In this document: in pieces, positions 31,984-41,805 of the stretch | How the letters are laid out: each line of letters begins with the position of its first letter | Numbering within the stretch: the stretch's first letter is position 1 | Assembly (NCBI GenBank): GCA_044222065.1 | Contig: JBGAOA010000010.1 | Coordinates: 1 to 64,000 of the forward strand | Length of the DNA: 64,000 bases | Source of the DNA: Candidatus Eiseniibacteriota bacterium | GTDB taxonomy: Bacteria; Eisenbacteria; RBG-16-71-46 | Direction: 5' to 3' | Program-made: the position numbers and the translations under genes | The notes under the pieces: model-generated | Seen by the model: the letters and a program-made list of their open reading frames with translations, nothing else | Database searches by the model: none | Told to the model about the DNA's origin: nothing

Positions 31984-32916
31984 TCAGCGGTTGCGCTCGG
32001 TGACCTCGACGACGAGCGATGCGAGCCTTCGAGCGCGCGGTCCGAACGACTCGATCGTCGAGAGCGCCTCCGTGAAGTAGCCGGCCGCGTCCTCGATCGC
32101 GCGCGACACGCCGACCGCGCGCGGCCAGGTGGCCTTGCGCTTCTTCGCGTCGGTCCCCGCGCGCTTGCCGAGCTTGCCGAGCGTGGAGCCCGCGTTCAGA
32201 AGGTCGTCCTGGATCTGGAACGCCACGCCGAGTTCCATGCCCGCACCGGCGAGCGCCTGCACCGCGCGGGAGTCGCCGCCGCCCGCGAGCGCGCCGAGCG
32301 CGACCGCGGCGCCCATCAGCGCGCCCGTCTTCTTCGTGTGGATGGACTCGACGATCTCGCGCGTCGCCTTCCGTCCTTCCGCGGCGACGTCCTCGGCCTG
32401 GCCGCCGACGAGCGCGTGCGCGCCGGCCGCCATCGCGAGCAGCTGCGTCGCGGCGATCGCGCGGCGCGGTTCCTTGCGGACCGCGGGGAGCCGCATCAGC
32501 TCCTCGAAGGCGAACGCGAGCAGCGCGTCGCCCACGAGCACGCCGAGCGCTTCGCCGTACTTCTTGTGGGTCGTGAGGCGTCCGCGGCGGTAGTCGTCGT
32601 CGTCCATCGCGGGCAGGTCGTCGTGCACGAGCGAGAACGCGTGCACGCACTCGATCGCCGCGGCGGCGGGCAGCGCGTCGCGCCACTTCCCTCCCACGGC
32701 TTCGCACGCGGTGAGCGCGAGCATCGGACGCAGGCGCTTGCCCGGGGACAACGCGGCGTACTGGATCGCCGCGCCGAGACGGCCCGGGGGCACGGCATTC
32801 GCGGTCAGGGTGCGTCGCAGGTAGCGCTCGAACTCGGCTTTGAGCGGCAGCAACGACGTGCGCGAGGGGCGCACGCGCGAGCTGCGCCGGGCGGATGCGG
32901 CCACGCGGCGCGGCAT
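31984..32916 (-). CDS. ispA: Farnesyl/geranylgeranyl diphosphate synthase
   Basis: GKRLRP, SLVHDDLPAMDDDDYRRG, FQIQDD. Confidence 0.95.
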   Translation of the reverse strand: MPRRVAASARRSSRVRPSRTSLLPLKAEFERYLRRTLTANAVPPGRLGAAIQYAALSPGKRLRPMLALTACEAVGGKWRDALPAAAAIECVHAFSLVHDDLPAMDDDDYRRGRLTTHKKYGEALGVLVGDALLAFAFEELMRLPAVRKEPRRAIAATQLLAMAAGAHALVGGQAEDVAAEGRKATREIVESIHTKKTGALMGAAVALGALAGGGDSRAVQALAGAGMELGVAFQIQDDLLNAGSTLGKLGKRAGTDAKKRKATWPRAVGVSRAIEDAAGYFTEALSTIESFGPRARRLASLVVEVTERNR

Positions 32917-33248
32917 CAGAAGGGCAACTCGTTCTCGCCGGGCGTGCCCGGCTCGAGCGTCGTGACGGCGGTGGTCGGCTTGCGGCGCTTCGCGCGCGCT
33001 CCGGACTCGGACGCCCCGGGCGCATCGTCCGCCTCGCCCTCGACGAGCGTCTCGATCGCCTGCTCGGCGTCGTCGAGCGTGCGGCCGAGCCGCTTCGAGA
33101 GCTTCATGCCCTCCTCGTAGTGTCGCAGCGACTGCTCGAGCGACAGCGAGCCGCTCTCGAGCTCCTCGACGATCGTCTCGAGCCGGTCGAGGGCGTCCTC
33201 GAACGACGGCGCTTCGGTCTCGGCCTCAGGGTTCTTGCGGGCGGTCAT
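32916..33248 (-). CDS. xseB: Exodeoxyribonuclease VII small subunit
   Basis: SFEDALDRLETIVEELESGSLSLEQSL. Confidence 0.93.
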   Translation of the reverse strand: MTARKNPEAETEAPSFEDALDRLETIVEELESGSLSLEQSLRHYEEGMKLSKRLGRTLDDAEQAIETLVEGEADDAPGASESGARAKRRKPTTAVTTLEPGTPGENELPF

Positions 33249-34608
33249 CGGGGTCTCCGGGGCGAACGGCTTCGATCCGCGCGTCGGCTTCGCCGCGCGC
33301 GAATTCGAGCGTGACGAGCTGGCCGCTCGTGAGCGCGGACGCGGCGCGCAGCAGAGTACCGTCGGCCGCGCGCGCGAGGCAATACCCGCGCTCGAGCACC
33401 TGCCGCGGCGACAGCGCGCGCAGGCGGTCCTCGACCGCGGTCAGTCGCGAGCGGCGCGACTGGAGGCCCGAGACGAGCGCCGCCTCGAGCCGTGCCGAGA
33501 CGTTCGCGACCCGTTCGCGGCGCGATTCGAGCGCGCGCGGGAACTCGCGCAGCCCGTACGCGCCGGCGAGGCGCGCGAGCCGCTCGCGCCCCGCGCGCAC
33601 GCGGGCGCGCAGCGCCGTGCGGACCCGTTCGAGCGCGTCGTCCACGCGCTGACGGAAGCGCTCGACGACGTCGCCGAGCCGGCGGAAGCCGTGCTCGCGC
33701 ACGAGCGTGTCGAGCCGGCGGCGGCGCTCGGCGAGCCCCTGGCGTAGCGCGCGTTCGGCGCGCGCACGCAGCTGCTCGATCCGGCGCGCGACCTCGTCGC
33801 GGCTCGGCACGGCGAGCTCGGCGGCGTTCGACGGCGTCGCCGCGCGCACGTCGGCGGCGAAGTCGGCGAGCGTCGTGTCCACCTCGTGGCCGACCGCCGA
33901 GATCACCGGCAGCCGCGACGACGCGATCGCGCGCACGACGACCTCTTCGTTGAACGCCCACAGGTCCTCGAGCGAACCGCCGCCGCGACCGACGATCAGC
34001 ACGTCCACCTCGCCGTAGCGGTTGAAGCGCTCGATCGCTGCGGCGATCTCTTCGGCGGCCCCCTCCCCCTGCACGCGCACGGGCGCGAGCACGATGCGGA
34101 TCGCGGGCCAGCGCGTGCGCAGCACCTTCACGACGTCGCGCACGGCGGCGCCGACCGGCGACGTGACGACGCCGATGCTCGTCGGGTAGCTCGGCAGCGG
34201 CCGCTTGCGCGCCGCGTCGAACAGCCCTTCGGCCTGCAGGCGGCGCTTGAGCTCTTCGAGCTGCTGGAGCAGCGCGCCGAGTCCCGCCGGGCGCATCTCG
34301 CGCACGATGAGCTGGTAGCTCCCGCGCGGCGCGTAGACGTCGATCTTGCCGAGCGCCTCGACCTCGATGCCGTCCTTCGGATCGAACGCGAGGCGCGCGG
34401 CGGGCTGCCGCCACATCGCGCAGGCGAGCACCGCCTCGCGGCCCTCCTTGAGCGTGAAGTAGACGTGTCCCGAGTCCGGTCGCTTGACGCCCGACAGCTC
34501 GCCGCGCACCCACACGTCCGGGAACTCGCCCTCGAGCGTGTCCTTGATCGCCCGCGTCAGCTCGAGCACCGAGTACACGCGGTCGTCGTGCACGGGCAGC
34601 GTGCTCAC
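33226..34608 (-). CDS. xseA: Exodeoxyribonuclease VII large subunit
   Basis: SGHVYFTLK, RGGGSLEDLWAFN, VGHEVD, ATPSNAAE. Confidence 0.96.
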   Translation of the reverse strand: MSTLPVHDDRVYSVLELTRAIKDTLEGEFPDVWVRGELSGVKRPDSGHVYFTLKEGREAVLACAMWRQPAARLAFDPKDGIEVEALGKIDVYAPRGSYQLIVREMRPAGLGALLQQLEELKRRLQAEGLFDAARKRPLPSYPTSIGVVTSPVGAAVRDVVKVLRTRWPAIRIVLAPVRVQGEGAAEEIAAAIERFNRYGEVDVLIVGRGGGSLEDLWAFNEEVVVRAIASSRLPVISAVGHEVDTTLADFAADVRAATPSNAAELAVPSRDEVARRIEQLRARAERALRQGLAERRRRLDTLVREHGFRRLGDVVERFRQRVDDALERVRTALRARVRAGRERLARLAGAYGLREFPRALESRRERVANVSARLEAALVSGLQSRRSRLTAVEDRLRALSPRQVLERGYCLARAADGTLLRAASALTSGQLVTLEFARGEADARIEAVRPGDPDDRPQEP

Positions 34609-34609
34609 C

Positions 34610-36298
34610 TCAGCGCATCGCTCCGGCGGCGAGCCGCTCGGCGGCGAGCACCGTGTTCGCGACGACCATCGCGACGGTCATGGGGCCGACGCCTCCCGGG
34701 ACCGGCGTCAGCGCTCCGGCGACCGGGCGCACCGACGCCGCGTCCACGTCGCCCGTGATGCGCGAGCCGGTGCGGCGCGTGGCGTCCGCGACGCGGTGGA
34801 TGCCGACGTCCACGACGACGGCGCCGGGCTTCACCCACGACGCGTCGATGCTCTCGGGGCGGCCGATCGCGCACACGAGCAGGTCGGCTTCGCGCGCGAG
34901 TTCGCGCAGCGCCGGGCCGCTCGCGCTGTGTCCGATCGTGACCGTCATGTTCGCGTCCTTGCCCGAGAGCAGGTTCGCCATCGGGCGGCCGACGATGTTG
35001 CTGCGTCCGAGCACGACGGCGCGCCGGCCCGCGAGCGGGATCTCGTAGTGCCGCAGCAGCTCGAACACGCCGCGCGGCGTGCACGGCACGAAGCACGGCA
35101 GTCCCGAGGCGAGGCGACCCGCGTTCTCGGGATGGAAGCCGTCCACGTCTTTCGCGGGCGGGACGGCTTCGAGCACGGCCTGGGCGTCCGCGGGCGCGGC
35201 GAGCGGCAATTGGACGAGGATGCCGTGCACGTCCGGATCGGCGCCGAGAGTCTGCACCTTTTGGACGACGGTGCGCGTGTCGGTGCCTGCGGGAAGCTGG
35301 ATGCGGCGCGATTCGATCCCGGCTTCGGCGCACGCCTCGCCCTTGCGCTTCAGGTAGATCTGCGACGCGGGGTCCTCGCCCACCGAAACGAGCGCGAGCA
35401 CGGGCTGCACGCCGGCGTCGACGAGCGTCGCGACGCGCGCGCGGCAGGCGAGCCGCACCGCGAGCGCCGGCTCCTCGCCGCCGAGGAGTCGCGCGCCGCC
35501 CGTGTCGGCGGCGCTCGCGAGCGGCACCTGCAGCCGGCGGATCGCGCTCGTGCGGCCGGTCGCGGGATCGATCGTGAGCAGCACGCCGTTCAGTCGCACG
35601 TCGCCGGTCGCGGGCTGGAGGCGCTCGGGCAGGCCGCGCGTGAAGCGGCGCAGCGCGGCGTGCCGGTCCATGCCGATCACCGATTCGAAGCCGCCGGTCA
35701 TGCCGGCGTCGGACAGGCACGCGGTGCCGCCCTCGAGGATGCGCTCGTCGGCCGTCTGCACGTGCGTATGCGTGCCGAGCACCGCGCTCACGCGGCCGTC
35801 GAGGTGCCAGCCGAGCGCGACCTTCTCGGCGGTCGTCTCCGCGTGGAAGTCCACGAGGATCGTGCGCACCCCGGCGCCGCGCAGCGCCTCGACCGCCGCG
35901 TCGCTCGCACGGAACGGATCGTCGGCTTCCTTCATGAAGACGCGGCCGAGCAGGTTCACGACGCCGACCGCCGAGCCGTCGCGCGCGCGGAACGTGCGCC
36001 AGCCCTCGCCCGGAGTGCCCGGCGGCAGGTTCGCCGGACGCACGAGGCGCGGCTCCTCGGCGAGGTAGTCCACGGACTCGCGCTTGTCCCACAGGTGATT
36101 GCCGCCCGTGAGCACGTCCACGCCGGCGTCGAACAGGTCGCGCGCGGTGTCGCGAGTGACGCCGTAGCCGGCGGCGGAGTTCTCGCAGTTGCAGACGACG
36201 AGATGGACGTCGTGCCGTTCGCGCAGCCGCGGGAGCAGGGCGCGCACCGCGTCGCGTCCGGGCGAGCCGACGACATCGGCGATGAAGAGCAGGTTCAC
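34610..36298 (-). CDS. ymdB-folD: Fusion of YmdB-type metallophosphoesterase and FolD (methylene-THF dehydrogenase/cyclohydrolase)
   Basis: N-half ADVVG, TGGNHLWD, DFHAETTAEK, GTHTHV; C-half HGILVQLPL, KDVDGFHP, PCTP, GRSNIVGRP, TPVPGGVGPMT; one 562-aa frame. Confidence 0.9.
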   Translation of the reverse strand: MNLLFIADVVGSPGRDAVRALLPRLRERHDVHLVVCNCENSAAGYGVTRDTARDLFDAGVDVLTGGNHLWDKRESVDYLAEEPRLVRPANLPPGTPGEGWRTFRARDGSAVGVVNLLGRVFMKEADDPFRASDAAVEALRGAGVRTILVDFHAETTAEKVALGWHLDGRVSAVLGTHTHVQTADERILEGGTACLSDAGMTGGFESVIGMDRHAALRRFTRGLPERLQPATGDVRLNGVLLTIDPATGRTSAIRRLQVPLASAADTGGARLLGGEEPALAVRLACRARVATLVDAGVQPVLALVSVGEDPASQIYLKRKGEACAEAGIESRRIQLPAGTDTRTVVQKVQTLGADPDVHGILVQLPLAAPADAQAVLEAVPPAKDVDGFHPENAGRLASGLPCFVPCTPRGVFELLRHYEIPLAGRRAVVLGRSNIVGRPMANLLSGKDANMTVTIGHSASGPALRELAREADLLVCAIGRPESIDASWVKPGAVVVDVGIHRVADATRRTGSRITGDVDAASVRPVAGALTPVPGGVGPMTVAMVVANTVLAAERLAAGAMR

Positions 36299-36421
36299 GA
36301 TGGGGATCCTCGAAGTTCCGGGCCGCGCGGCGCCGGGGCCGTGCGCGGGCCGAGTGACGCCCGCGGCGCGGCGACGCGCGCCGCGGCAGCATACGTCATC
36401 GGAGCACGCGGGCGCGCGCGC

Positions 36422-36856
36422 TCAGCGGACGATCGCGAGTCCGTGAGCGCCGGACGGCAGCGCCGCGCGGTTCGGTGCGACGGGCGGAGGCTCCACCCAG
36501 AAACGGTCGTTCACGACGAACGTGAAGCGCGTCGTGTCGCCGGGGCGCAGGTCCGCGATCCGCACCGATCGCTGCCACACGTTCTCGTCCTCGTCGAGCG
36601 GGTCGCGCGCCGGGTCCCAGCCGTTGAACGCGCCGACGACCGAGACGCGGCGGATGCGCAGGTCGCGCAGCGCGACGCTGTCGCCCGTGCCCTCCCAGCG
36701 CGTCCACGCGTAGCGCTTCGGCACGAACGTGAAGCGCGCGCGCGCGCCGCGCCAGCGCGCGCCGAGCGCGTGCGGTGCGGACGGCCGGCGCTCGATCGTC
36801 GCGACGAGCGCGACGATCCCGGCGACGAGCATCAGCAGTGCGAGCGCGCGTCCCAC
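36422..36856 (-). CDS. Small exported or membrane-anchored protein with CBM48-like glycogen-binding domain
   Basis: Hydrophobic N-terminus; VSVVGAFNGW...RFTFVVNDRFW. Confidence 0.65.
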   Translation of the reverse strand: MGRALALLMLVAGIVALVATIERRPSAPHALGARWRGARARFTFVPKRYAWTRWEGTGDSVALRDLRIRRVSVVGAFNGWDPARDPLDEDENVWQRSVRIADLRPGDTTRFTFVVNDRFWVEPPPVAPNRAALPSGAHGLAIVR

Positions 36857-36865
36857 CGCCGCCTC

Positions 36866-38419
36866 CTACTTCGCGTAGTCCACGGCGCGCGTCTCGCGGA
36901 TGACCGTGACGCGGATCTGGCCGGGGTACTCGAGTTCCTTCTCGATGCGGCGCGCGATCTCGCCGGCGAGGCCGTGCGCGCGCGCGTCGTCCACCTTCTG
37001 GTGTTCGACCATGATGCGCACTTCGCGGCCGGCCTGGATCGCGTACGACTTCTCGACGCCCGGGAACGCGTTCGCGATCTTCTCGAGCGCCTCGAGGCGC
37101 TTGATGTAGATCTCGAGGCTCTCGCGGCGCGCTCCGGGACGGGCGCCCGAGATCGCGTCGGCCGCGCTCACGAGCACCGGCCACAGGCTTCCGCCGGCGT
37201 AATCGTCGTGGTGGTAGCCGATCGCCTCGAGCACGGGCTGCGGCTCACCGTAACGCGCGGCGACCTCCATGCCGAGCGCCGGGTGCGTGCCCTCCTGGTC
37301 GTGGTCGATCGCCTTCCCGATGTCGTGCATGAGGCCGCCGCGCTTCGCCATGCGCTGGTCCATGCCGATCTCGGCGGCCATCATGCCGGAGAGGTGCGCG
37401 ACCTCGATCGAGTGCTTGAGGATGTTCTGGCCGTAGCTCGTGCGGTAGTGGAGCCGGCCGAGCAGGTTCTGCAACTCGGGGTGGATGCCGTGCACGCCGA
37501 CCTCGAGGCAGGCCATCTCGCCGAGTTCGCGGATCTTGCTCTCGACCTCGGTCTTCACCTTCGCGACGACCTCCTCGATGCGCGCCGGGTGGATCCGGCC
37601 GTCCGAAACGAGTCGCTCGAGCGCGAGGCGCGCGATCTCGCGGCGCACCGGATCGAAGCCCGACAGGATCACCGCCTCGGGCGTGTCGTCGATGATCACG
37701 TCGACGCCGGTGATGATCTCGAACGAGCGGATGTTGCGGCCCTCGCGCCCGATGATGCGGCCCTTCATGTCGTCGCTCGGCAGGTGGACGACCGACACCG
37801 AGGACTCCGACGCGTGTTCGCCCGCGTAGCGCTGGATCGCGATCGTGATGATCTTGCGCGCCTCGCGTTCGGCGTTGCGCTGCGCGCCGTCGCGGACCTC
37901 GGCGACGAGCCGCGCGGCCTCGGCGCGCGCCTCGGACTCGATGCTCGCGACGAGCTGGTGACGCGCGTCCTCCTTCGTGAGCCCCGAGACGCGCTCGAGC
38001 CGGGTCGTCTGTTCGCGGATCAGCCCGTCGAGTTCGGTGTTGCGCGTCGTGACGGCGGTCTCGCGGGTCGCGAGGTCGTTCTCCTGGCGCTTGAGATCGC
38101 GCTCCTTCTTCTCGATGAGCTCGACCCGACGGTTGAACGCCGCTTCCTTCTCCTGGAACGCGCGCTCGGCGGCGAGCTGGTTCGTGCGCGCGGCCTGCGT
38201 CTCGCGCTCGACTTCCTGCTTGAGCTGGAGCGCTTCCTCGCGGCCCTCGAGGACCGCGTCGCGCTTGAGGCTGTCGGCCTCGCGGGCCGCGCGTTCGAGG
38301 GTCTGCTTCGCCTGCGCTTCCGCCGCGTCGAGGCGGATGCGACCGAGACGGGACCGCACGAAGTAGCCGATCACGAAGGCGGCGAGCGCGGCGCCGCCGG
38401 TCGCGAGTGCGATGTTCAT
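36866..38419 (-). CDS. rny: Ribonuclease Y
   Basis: N-terminal TM, coiled coil, KH ([13 protein letters not shown]), HD (MHDIGK), YAIQAGRE. Confidence 0.97.
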   Translation of the reverse strand: MNIALATGGAALAAFVIGYFVRSRLGRIRLDAAEAQAKQTLERAAREADSLKRDAVLEGREEALQLKQEVERETQAARTNQLAAERAFQEKEAAFNRRVELIEKKERDLKRQENDLATRETAVTTRNTELDGLIREQTTRLERVSGLTKEDARHQLVASIESEARAEAARLVAEVRDGAQRNAEREARKIITIAIQRYAGEHASESSVSVVHLPSDDMKGRIIGREGRNIRSFEIITGVDVIIDDTPEAVILSGFDPVRREIARLALERLVSDGRIHPARIEEVVAKVKTEVESKIRELGEMACLEVGVHGIHPELQNLLGRLHYRTSYGQNILKHSIEVAHLSGMMAAEIGMDQRMAKRGGLMHDIGKAIDHDQEGTHPALGMEVAARYGEPQPVLEAIGYHHDDYAGGSLWPVLVSAADAISGARPGARRESLEIYIKRLEALEKIANAFPGVEKSYAIQAGREVRIMVEHQKVDDARAHGLAGEIARRIEKELEYPGQIRVTVIRETRAVDYAK

Positions 38420-38464
38420 GACTCTATTCCTCCGGCCCTGCGACGGGGCCCGAGGCAAGGGAGA

Positions 38465-38655
38465 TTCCCCGCCGGTTGCCGTGTGCGGTGAAGTTCTTGA
38501 GACCTGGAACGAACCAGGTGGGTGCCCCTGTCGACCGGGTCTGCCCCCCACGCGTCCGACCGCGACGGTGGTTCGACTTCGCCGGCCACCGGAACTCCCG
38601 TGACTTCACATTGTGGTTCAAGAACTGTGACGCATCACGAGCACGGCAGGGAAAA
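38465..38655 (-). ncRNA. ssrS: 6S RNA
   Basis: About 190-nt rod: TGCCGTG/CACGGCA and GTTCTTGA/TCAAGAAC pairings, CACCCACCTG motif; directly downstream of zapA. Ends approximate. Confidence 0.85.
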
Positions 38656-38675
38656 CTCTGGCGACGCGGTCTCCC

Positions 38676-38987
38676 TCAGCGTTGCGAACCGTCGTGCAGC
38701 AGGTCGTCCAGCACGGCGTTCAGGCGCGCGGCGCGATCGGAGAGCTTGACGTTCTCGTCCTTCTGCTTCGCGCGCTCCTTGAGGAGTTCGTCCGCGATAT
38801 TGAGGGAGGCGAGGATCGCCACCTTGGAGAGCGAGGCCACCGGCAGCTTCTCGGTGATCTCGCGCATCTTTCGGTCCACGTACTCGGCGACCCTGAGGAT
38901 GTACTCACGGTCGGCCTCGCCGCGGATGGAATACGTGTGTCCGAAGATCTGGACCTGCACCAGATTCTTGGCGTCCCGCGTCTCCAT
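38676..38987 (-). CDS. zapA: Cell division protein ZapA
   Basis: VQIFGHTYSI, VAEYVDRKM, AILASLNIADEL. Confidence 0.92.
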   Translation of the reverse strand: METRDAKNLVQVQIFGHTYSIRGEADREYILRVAEYVDRKMREITEKLPVASLSKVAILASLNIADELLKERAKQKDENVKLSDRAARLNAVLDDLLHDGSQR

Positions 38988-39073
38988 GGCGCCTACCCCG
39001 CTTCGCCGAAGTTCCCTGCGTCGGTACCTATTGAGTCGCGAAGTCGCGAGCCCCGAGGGGGCGTGGCTCCGCG

Positions 39074-39373
39074 CTACACCTCGAGGCGCTCGAGCTTCTT
39101 GATGAGCGTCTCGATTCGATTGGCCACGTCGCGCCGCTCGGCGGTCCACTCGCGCTGCTCCTTGCGGAGCGCGTGGACTTCCTGCACGAGCGCGGCGGCG
39201 TCCTGGCCCTGAAGCTTGGTTTCGAGTTCGAGCAGGCGGCGCTGCAGTTCGGCGCGCTCGCCTTCGAGTCGGGTGCGGTCGTCGCGCAACTGCGAGACCA
39301 GGGCCGCCGCCTTCTCCACGCGGTCGGTGAGTCGGTCGAGATCGCTCTGCTGGATCGTCGTCAGTTCGCTCAT
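39074..39373 (-). CDS. zapB: ZapB-like coiled-coil protein
   Basis: All-coiled-coil 99-aa protein between pheT and zapA; ATG overlaps the pheT stop. Confidence 0.72.
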   Translation of the reverse strand: MSELTTIQQSDLDRLTDRVEKAAALVSQLRDDRTRLEGERAELQRRLLELETKLQGQDAAALVQEVHALRKEQREWTAERRDVANRIETLIKKLERLEV

Positions 39374-41799
39374 TTCTCTCTCAACCGGCCGCCGCAGTCC
39401 GTCGCGACCGCCGTCACCATGAGTGTCTGAATCGCTTCGACCTCGGACTCCGCGAACGTGCGCTCCGGGTGCTGCCACTCGAGCGCGTACGCCAGGCTCT
39501 TCATGCCCTCCGGAGTGCCGGGACCCGAATAGACGTCGAACAACTCCAGCGCCGAGAGCCACTCACCGCCGGCGCGCTGGAGCGCGCCCGTGACCTCGGC
39601 GTGCGTCGTGCGCTCGGGAACGAAGAAGGCGAGATCGCGACGCACCGGCGGGAAGCGTCCGGGAAGGACGACGCCGCGCCGCTCCGGGCGGGACGCGAGC
39701 AGTGGATCGAGGCACGCGACGAACGCGTGGACGTCCTGTGCTGCCGGTGTCTCGATCTGCCACTCGCGCAGCCACGAAGGACTGAGCGTTCCGGCCCATC
39801 CAATGCGTGAAGCCGATGACGCAACTTCCGCACTGGCACCGGGTTTCCAGCCGGCGGCAGAATAGGTCCGCCACCGGGGGGTGTCAACGCCCATTTGGTC
39901 GAGCCACGCCTCCCAGAGACCCTTCGCGTCGGCGAAGTCGACGGCGCCCTGCGAGGCGTCGTGCGCGTGCGCGAAGCGCGCTCCGGTGACGATCGCGCCG
40001 AGCAGGACGCGCTCCTCGGGGAGCGCCGCGGACGAGACGCGGAACCCCGCGCCGACCTCGAACAGCCGCACGGACGTGCGCCCCTGGCGCAGGTTGTGCG
40101 CGAGCGCGCGCAGCAGGCCGGGCAGCGGATTCGGACGCAGCGTGCCGCGATCCTCGCTGAGCGGATTGGACAGCGCGACGAGCGAATCCGCGCCGTCGCC
40201 GAGCAGCGCCGCGGCCGCCGCCGCCTCGCGCGCCGAGACGAGAGTCGTGCACCACGCCTCGGTGAAGCCGAGCGCGCGCATCGCGTGGCGCGCGGCGGAC
40301 GTGACGGACTCGCGCGGCTCGCGCTTCGCGTGCGCGCCGTGCGTCTCGAGCGCGGCATTCGGGATGCGGTCGTAGCCCTCGGCGCGAGCGACTTCCTCGA
40401 CGAGGTCGTCTTCGAGCGTCACGTCCGCGCGCCAGCTCGGCACGGTGACCATCAGCGGATCGCCGCCCGCGACGCCGAACTCCATCGCCTCGAGGTGCGC
40501 GCGGCAGCGCGCGGCGTCGAGCTCGAGCCCGGTGAGACGCGCGACGCGCGACGGGCGCAGCGTGAGCGGCGCGGCCTGCGCGCGCGCGTGCCGGCGCTCG
40601 CTGGCCGCGCCGAGCGCCGCGCCGGGCGACAGCTCGCGCACGAGTTCGACGAAGCGCGCGGCCGCGGCGGCGGTCGCATCGGGATCCACGCCGCGCTCGT
40701 AGCGCTTGCTCGCCTCGGTCGAGAGTCCGAGCGAGCGCGATCCGCGGCGCACGCGTGCGGGCTGGAACCACGCGCACTCGAGCAGCACGCGCGTCGTGCG
40801 CTCGCTCACCTCGCTCGCGGCTCCGCCCATGATGCCGGCGAGCGCGGTCGGGCCGTCGCCGTCGGCGATCACGAGCACTTCGTCCGAGAGCGTTCGCGGC
40901 TTTCCGTCGAGCGTCACGAGCGTCTCCCCCGCCCGCGCGCGGCGCACGCGGATGCGCGGCCCCGCGAGCCGGTCGAGATCGAACGCGTGCACGGGCTGGC
41001 CGAACTCGAGCAGCACGAGGTTCGTCGCGTCCACGACGTTGTTGATCGAGCGCTGGCCCGCCGACTCGAGGCGTTCGCGCAGCCACGCGGGCGACGGCGC
41101 GACGCGCACGTTCTCGATCGCCTGCGCGACGTAGCGCGGACAGCCCTCGGCGTCCTCGAGTTCGAGATCGAATCCCGCGCCGCCCGGGAGCTTCGCCGCG
41201 AGCCGCTCGCGCGCGGCGTCGGTCCAGCGGCCGCCGAGCGCGGCGCGCACCTCGCGCGCGAGTCCGACGACGCCGAGGCCGTCGGGCCGGTTGAACGGCA
41301 CCTCGACTTCGAGCACGGCGTCCGGCGGAGGCAGGAGCGACTGGAACGGGCGCCCGGGCTCGAGGCCCTGCGATGCGCCCCGCCACGCCTCGAGGTCGAG
41401 GATGCCGCCGTGATCGTCCGAGAGCGCGAGCTCGCGCGCCGAGCACAGCATGCCCTGGCTCTCCTCGCCGCGGATCTTGCTCTTCTTGATCGTGAGGCCG
41501 TTCGGCAGCGTCGCGCCGATCGTCGCGAGCGGCACGAGCATCCCCGCGCGCACGTTCGGCGCGCCGCACACGATGCGCAGCTCGTCGCCGCCCGCGTTCA
41601 CGCGGCACAGCGACAGCTTGTCCGCGTTCGGGTGCTTCGCGACCTCGAGCACGCGCGCGATCACGACGCCCGGCAGCTCGTGGCCGAGCCGCTCGATGCC
41701 CTCGACGTAGAAGCCGCGGCGCGTGAGCGCTTCGGCGACCGCGTCGGCGCCGCCGTCGAATTCGATCCAGTCCTGGAGCCAGCGGATGGGGAGCTTCAT
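39370..41799 (-). CDS. pheT: Phenylalanine--tRNA ligase beta subunit
   Basis: KHPNADKL, IVCGAPNV, GQPVHAFD, FPPVRRDLAF. Confidence 0.97.
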   Translation of the reverse strand: MKLPIRWLQDWIEFDGGADAVAEALTRRGFYVEGIERLGHELPGVVIARVLEVAKHPNADKLSLCRVNAGGDELRIVCGAPNVRAGMLVPLATIGATLPNGLTIKKSKIRGEESQGMLCSARELALSDDHGGILDLEAWRGASQGLEPGRPFQSLLPPPDAVLEVEVPFNRPDGLGVVGLAREVRAALGGRWTDAARERLAAKLPGGAGFDLELEDAEGCPRYVAQAIENVRVAPSPAWLRERLESAGQRSINNVVDATNLVLLEFGQPVHAFDLDRLAGPRIRVRRARAGETLVTLDGKPRTLSDEVLVIADGDGPTALAGIMGGAASEVSERTTRVLLECAWFQPARVRRGSRSLGLSTEASKRYERGVDPDATAAAAARFVELVRELSPGAALGAASERRHARAQAAPLTLRPSRVARLTGLELDAARCRAHLEAMEFGVAGGDPLMVTVPSWRADVTLEDDLVEEVARAEGYDRIPNAALETHGAHAKREPRESVTSAARHAMRALGFTEAWCTTLVSAREAAAAAALLGDGADSLVALSNPLSEDRGTLRPNPLPGLLRALAHNLRQGRTSVRLFEVGAGFRVSSAALPEERVLLGAIVTGARFAHAHDASQGAVDFADAKGLWEAWLDQMGVDTPRWRTYSAAGWKPGASAEVASSASRIGWAGTLSPSWLREWQIETPAAQDVHAFVACLDPLLASRPERRGVVLPGRFPPVRRDLAFFVPERTTHAEVTGALQRAGGEWLSALELFDVYSGPGTPEGMKSLAYALEWQHPERTFAESEVEAIQTLMVTAVATDCGGRLREK
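39859..39887 (-). promoter_or_regulatory. Internal sigma70 promoter within pheT
   Basis: TTGACA, 17 nt, TATTCT (near consensus), about 490 nt upstream of zapB. Confidence 0.7.
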
Positions 41800-41805
41800 G
41801 TCGTC

